DNA of 64,000 nt, from NCBI GenBank assembly GCA_977017575.1, contig CDRNVI010000056.1, forward strand, positions 372,001 to 436,000, given 5' to 3'. The stretch comes from Paramoeba atlantica (lineage: Eukaryota > Protista > Discosea). This document shows, one piece after another, positions 59,504 through 64,000 of this stretch. Below the pieces are notes generated by a model, which was not told the origin of the DNA, searched no databases, and saw only the letters and a list, made by a program, of their open reading frames with translations. The translations under genes and the position numbers were made by a program. The number at the start of each line of letters is the position of its first letter. The stretch's first letter is position 1.

Positions 59504-61000
59504 CTTGTTGACTCTTACCGCTATCTGGGAAACATTCAGGATTCAGGCGTTTCTTCGCCAGTAAAAGACCGCTTAAGGCTCACCTGGGCCGCATTTCGGA
59601 AGCTCAAGGGCATTTGGGACTCGCCACTGAGTGCATCAACAAAACTGCGTTTGTTTGATTGCCTCGTTTACCCAATCATGACCTTTGGTGCCGCTTCGCT
59701 TTCCATATCCAACAAAATGCTTCGGCAAACAGAAGTTGAGCTCAATATGATGCGAAGATTTTGCTGTAATTGTGCTAAATTGGACGAGTTTGGACACTGC
59801 TACCCTATCGAGTCACTTTATTGCGGCACTCCTCGTTTCTCCACCGTACATCGCGTTAGTCGGGCTAAAATTGTTGGTCACATTCTAAGGCACTCATTCA
59901 TGTTTCGAGATCTTATCCAGTGGAAATGCAGCGATAGGAAACGAAATCTCTCACCAAGCGAAGCTTGCTTTCACGATCTGGACATTACCGAAGAACAAGC
60001 CCTCGTATACGCTCAGGATCGAGATCACTGGAAAAAGTTATGTGAAGATTTAAAGGTAGCACTCGAACCGCTTCCGGATTACGAAAGACTCTCTTCTCCT
60101 AGATGGAAAAGTAAACATGCCCACGCCTTGAAGCAAGATACGCCTTACGATTTGCAATTTGTCGAAGAAAGTTCTGATCCTTTTCCATTAAAAGATGATG
60201 AGGTTCACTTCTATATTGATGGTTCAGTCCGTGCCTTGCGGGTGACAAACGAGATCAGAGCAGGTGCTGGAATTGTTGTGCTTCAACGATGGACAACCGA
60301 TAAATGTTTTTCCTTAACATTAGATGTTGATAGTGCCGAGCAAGCTGAGGCTGAATCTTTTCGAGAGGCGCTTAAAAGAATACCGGACGGAGCAAAAGAT
60401 ATCGTAGTACACACAGATTCGTTCTATGTGTGGAACTTCTTTCATCACGTTCGCATCCGGAGACGGGTAATAGGGTATGACCGCGTCGTCAACAGAAACA
60501 TTCTACAAGATATAGATCATCAGGTGCGGAAACTAAAATCTCAGAATGTTAATTTGTATGTGTGCAAAGTTAAATCTCATAATGGGAACGAATATAACGA
60601 CAAAGCTGATGTCTTGGCTCTTTCGGCGTCACGAAGGCCGTTAAAATCACAAGAGGCAAAGAGGTTGAAGACGACAAAAGCTCCTTCTTCTTCTTCTTCT
60701 GACCCAATATCCTCGCCAGAAGCGACACTCATATTGCGCCCAAGAAGGAATGTTGACACTATTTCATCCAAACGCAAGAATAACACTACTGCAAGTGGGG
60801 CTCTATCCAAAAAGGGTAGCTCACTGTCTGGAGAGCCTGGAGTGAAACCGTCTGAAAAAACGAATGCTATGATCCTGAGTAGGCCTGATGTCGGTAAAGA
60901 AAAAAGTTGCAAGGGAAATAGGGAGTCTGATAAGATCGTGGAAACAAAGGGAAAGAAGTCTCCCAAGAGAAAGAAGGCTTCACGAAAATTAGAACAGTAG
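59504..61000 (+). CDS. Partial retrotransposon ORF: RT thumb region, RNase H, basic tail
   Basis: Frame open from the junction: LVDSYRYLG...RLTWAAFRKLKGIWDSPLSASTKLRLFDCLVYPIMTFG; RNase H motifs YIDGS, AEAES, HTDS, KVKSHNGNEYNDKAD; no start codon of its own. Confidence 0.9.
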   Translation, partial: LVDSYRYLGNIQDSGVSSPVKDRLRLTWAAFRKLKGIWDSPLSASTKLRLFDCLVYPIMTFGAASLSISNKMLRQTEVELNMMRRFCCNCAKLDEFGHCYPIESLYCGTPRFSTVHRVSRAKIVGHILRHSFMFRDLIQWKCSDRKRNLSPSEACFHDLDITEEQALVYAQDRDHWKKLCEDLKVALEPLPDYERLSSPRWKSKHAHALKQDTPYDLQFVEESSDPFPLKDDEVHFYIDGSVRALRVTNEIRAGAGIVVLQRWTTDKCFSLTLDVDSAEQAEAESFREALKRIPDGAKDIVVHTDSFYVWNFFHHVRIRRRVIGYDRVVNRNILQDIDHQVRKLKSQNVNLYVCKVKSHNGNEYNDKADVLALSASRRPLKSQEAKRLKTTKAPSSSSSDPISSPEATLILRPRRNVDTISSKRKNNTTASGALSKKGSSLSGEPGVKPSEKTNAMILSRPDVGKEKSCKGNRESDKIVETKGKKSPKRKKASRKLEQ

Positions 61001-61051
61001 TATCTTTAATCGGTTTTTAACCGATCTATTAGGATAGGATAGGATAGGAGG
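59504..61051 (+). mobile_element. 5'-truncated non-LTR retrotransposon (RTE-like RT C-terminus plus RNase H) inserted in one array unit
   Basis: 1,548 bp absent from all other units; flanked by a 13-bp duplication ATTGTAATAGTGT (59491-59503, 61052-61064); (TAGGA)4 tail. Confidence 0.95.
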
Positions 61052-61679
61052 ATTGTAATAGTGTGGTGGAAAAACGTCGGTTTCACACGAAACTCGCATC
61101 CACCGTGCGACCCCATTCCGTGGAGAACGATCTTTGTTTTCTTCGATCGCACTGATTCCGTTAGATGCACAGAGCGTGATTTCACGTGAATCGAACAATT
61201 CCGCGAGATGTTTTACTTGGGGCAAAGCAGGGCAGCACATGAACAATGAAAACAGGACGCGCAATGGCGCGGAACACCTTCCACGTGACACCTTCCGAAA
61301 CGCGTTCTGCACAATCCAGGTATAAAACAACGAATTTCTTCGCCCGGCCGTTGCAAAGACCCACCCCTTACCGATAGATTTCGTAGCTCTGCTCTAAACG
61401 TGAACGCATCGTGCTCAACCTCTCTTCCCGACTATGTCATCGCAAAAATTGTATGTGTCACTTCTGGGCCGTTCGCATGGGCATGTGTTGGGCACACTCA
61501 AACCCCCATTGCATTCATCAATGCGACCTACGGTTGTGAATGTCGCCTTGCTTGGGGGGGGGGGGGGGCTGTAAGGATCGTTAAGCGAGCGAAATCGGGG
61601 AGTTTCCATTATGACATGAATTAGCAAGGTAAAGTGCACCGCTATGGACACACAAAATTCGAGACACACCACGACGGAA

Positions 61680-61760
61680 GCGTCCATACCCAAGTGGTTA
61701 AGGGGCCTGACTTGAAATCAGGTGTGTTCTCACGCGCAGGTTCGAACCCTGCTGGGCGCG
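61680..61760 (+). tRNA. tRNA-Ser(UGA), copy 19
   Basis: Identical to copy 1. Confidence 0.95.
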
Positions 61761-63171
61761 TTTTTGCGATTCTCTTCGTTCACAATCGTGTGGCCGCTTT
61801 TGGGCGCGCGCGAGAGACGCAACGTGAATCGCAGAAGCAGTGGTACATTTTAGGGTATTTTCTTTGCTGAAATGAAGTCTTTTTGGCCTGTGTAGCAGAT
61901 GACGTTTTGGCGGCAGAGACGGTGAATGGGTAGATGGCCGTGCGCGTGTCAAATGTAAAAGCCCGAAAAGTGTACCGCTTTTTAGCGCATCATATCTTAA
62001 AATTCAAAATGACGTCAGATTTACCTCTTTCCGCCTGCACGGTGAAGGGGGGTTTTCAGATATCTCTGGACGCGACGTTTGCATGACTTCCGTGCATGGC
62101 GTGCGTCGATTGCGAAACGCCGAACCAGCAAGCTACACCTCCTGAGTGGTCGTGCTTCGCGCGATATTTTCTGTAGAGATAGAGTTTTTCCGTTAGTCAG
62201 TATGATTGCGAAACAAAACGTGGGTTTCGCCAGTCCACTTTTTGTCCGTTCTTCCCTGAATCAAATCTTAAACAATTTTAACCCTTTCTAATTGATGAGC
62301 GTTCTGATCGCTCGTGCTTTGCTCTGATATTTGCTTTGGGCACTCTTTTCACATGATTTCACTGATACTATAAGACTTCCCCTCTTCTAACGCAAGAATT
62401 TGTTGTCATCGGACATTCTTTTAGTCAAATCAATGCTTGATTGCACAAGCTTCCTGCATCTCAAGGGGGGGGTTGTATTTCTCTACACCTCTTTCACTTT
62501 TCACCTGCTCTTCCAAGCAACAGGGTCACAGGGCGCGCGCGTATTGTAATAGTGTGGTGGAAAAACGTCGGTTTCACACGAAACTCGCATCCACCGTGCG
62601 ACCCCATTCCGTGGAGAACGATCTTTGTTTTCTTCGATCGCACTGATTCCGTTAGATGCACAGAGCGTGATTTCACGTGAATCGAACAATTCCGCGAGAT
62701 GTTTTACTTGGGGCAAAGCAGGGCAGCACATGAACAATGAAAACAGGACGCGCAATGGCGCGGAACACCTTCCACGTGACACCTTCCGAAACGCGTTCTG
62801 CACAATCCAGGTATAAAACAACGAATTTCTTCGCCCGGCCGTTGCAAAGACCCACCCCTTACCGATAGATTTCGTAGCTCTGCTCTAAACGTGAACGCAT
62901 CGTGCTCAACCTCTCTTCCCGACTATGTCATCGCAAAAATTGTATGTGTCACTTCTGGGCCGTTCGCATGGGCATGTGTTGGGCACACTCAAACCCCCAT
63001 TGCATTCATCAATGCGACCTACGGTTGTGAATGTCGCCTTGCTTGGGGGGGGGGGGGGGGCTGTAAGGATCGTTAAGCGAGCGAAATCGGGGAGTTTCCA
63101 TTATGACATGAATTAGCAAGGTAAAGTGCACCGCTATGGACACACAAAATTCGAGACACACCACGACGGAA

Positions 63172-63252
63172 GCGTCCATACCCAAGTGGTTAAGGGGCCT
63201 GACTTGAAATCAGGTGTGTTCTCACGCGCAGGTTCGAACCCTGCTGGGCGCG
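63172..63252 (+). tRNA. tRNA-Ser(UGA), copy 20
   Basis: Identical to copy 1. Confidence 0.95.
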
Positions 63253-64000
63253 TTTTTGCGATTCTCTTCGTTCACAATCGTGTGGCCGCTTTTGGGCGCG
63301 CGCGAGAGACGCAACGTGAATCGCAGAAGCAATGGTACATTTTAGGGTATTTTCTTTGCTGAAATGAAGTCTTTTTGGCCTGTGTAGCAGATGACGTTTT
63401 GGCGGCAGAGACGGTGAATGGGTAGATGGCCGTGCGCGTGTCAAATGTAAAAGCCCGAAAAGTGTACCGCTTTTTAGCGCATCATATCTTAAAATTCAAA
63501 ATGACGTCAGATTTACCTCTTTCCGCCTGCACGGTGAAGGGGGGTTTTCAGATATCTCTGGACGCGACGTTTGCATGACTTCCGTGCATGGCGTGCGTCG
63601 ATTGCGAAACGCCGAACCAGCAAGCTACACCTCCTGAGTGGTCGTGCTTCGCGCGATATTTTCTGTAGAGATAGAGTTTTTCCGTTAGTCAGTATGATTG
63701 CGAAACAAAACGTGGGTTTCGCCAGTCCACTTTTTGTCCGTTCTTCCCTGAATCAAATCTTAAACAATTTTAACCCTTTCTAATTGATGAGCGTTCTGAT
63801 CGCTCGTGCTTTGCTCTGATATTTGCTTTGGGCACTCTTTTCACATGATTTCACTGATACTATAAGACTTCCCCTCTTCTAACGCAAGAATTTGTTGTCA
63901 TCGGACATTCTTTTAGTCAAATCAATGCTTGATTGCACAAGCTTCCTGCATCTCAAGGGGGGGGGTTGTATTTCTCTACACCTCTTTCACTTTTCACCTG

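Larger units (their letters stand above)
32010..64000 (+). repeat. Tandem array of ~1.49-kb units, each containing one tRNA-Ser(UGA) gene; continues beyond the window
   Basis: tRNA start-to-start periods of 1486-1494 bp, except 1454 (deleted unit) and 3053 (retroelement-bearing unit); units near-identical. Confidence 0.98.

Noticed and set aside
1027-61000. Diversity-generating-retroelement-like system linking the LRR family to the RT
   Set aside because: No template/variable repeat pair or adenine-specific variation; the RT fragments are ordinary LINE pieces far from most LRR genes.
32117-63783. Dozens of 60-120 aa ORFs recurring in each array unit
   Set aside because: They overlap on both strands, are broken by variable G-run lengths between units and show no recognisable domains; they are by-products of the repeat.
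29802-64000. CRISPR array interpretation of the satellite or the 1.49-kb array
   Set aside because: No unique spacers between repeats, no cas genes, and a eukaryotic context.
32010-64000. 5S rRNA, U6, U2 or 7SL in the repeat unit
   Set aside because: No recognisable conserved cores found on either strand by eye.

Overview
Eukaryotic genomic DNA in three zones. (1) About 1-25 kb: co-oriented (+ strand), intronless genes. These are eight members of one leucine-rich-repeat (LRR) family (one broken by a retroelement fragment), an ISD11/LYRM4 homolog, a SAP-domain protein and a PIP kinase, interspersed with TA-flanked MITEs and hairpin/foldback repeats. (2) About 19-32 kb (overlapping zone 1): a repeat-rich transition with foldbacks, a minisatellite, a decayed pogo-like transposon nested in a MITE, and a 2.2-kb 18-bp satellite. 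(3) 32-64 kb, running off the window: a tandem array of ~1.49-kb units, each carrying one tRNA-Ser(UGA) gene (20 full copies plus one truncated border copy). One unit holds a 1,548-bp 5'-truncated non-LTR retrotransposon: RTE-like RT C-terminus, RNase H, 3' hairpin, (TAGGA)4 tail and a 13-bp target-site duplication. Gene layout suggests a kinetoplastid-like protist, possibly Perkinsela-like; this is inference only. Family calls come from motif recognition by eye, with no database searches.
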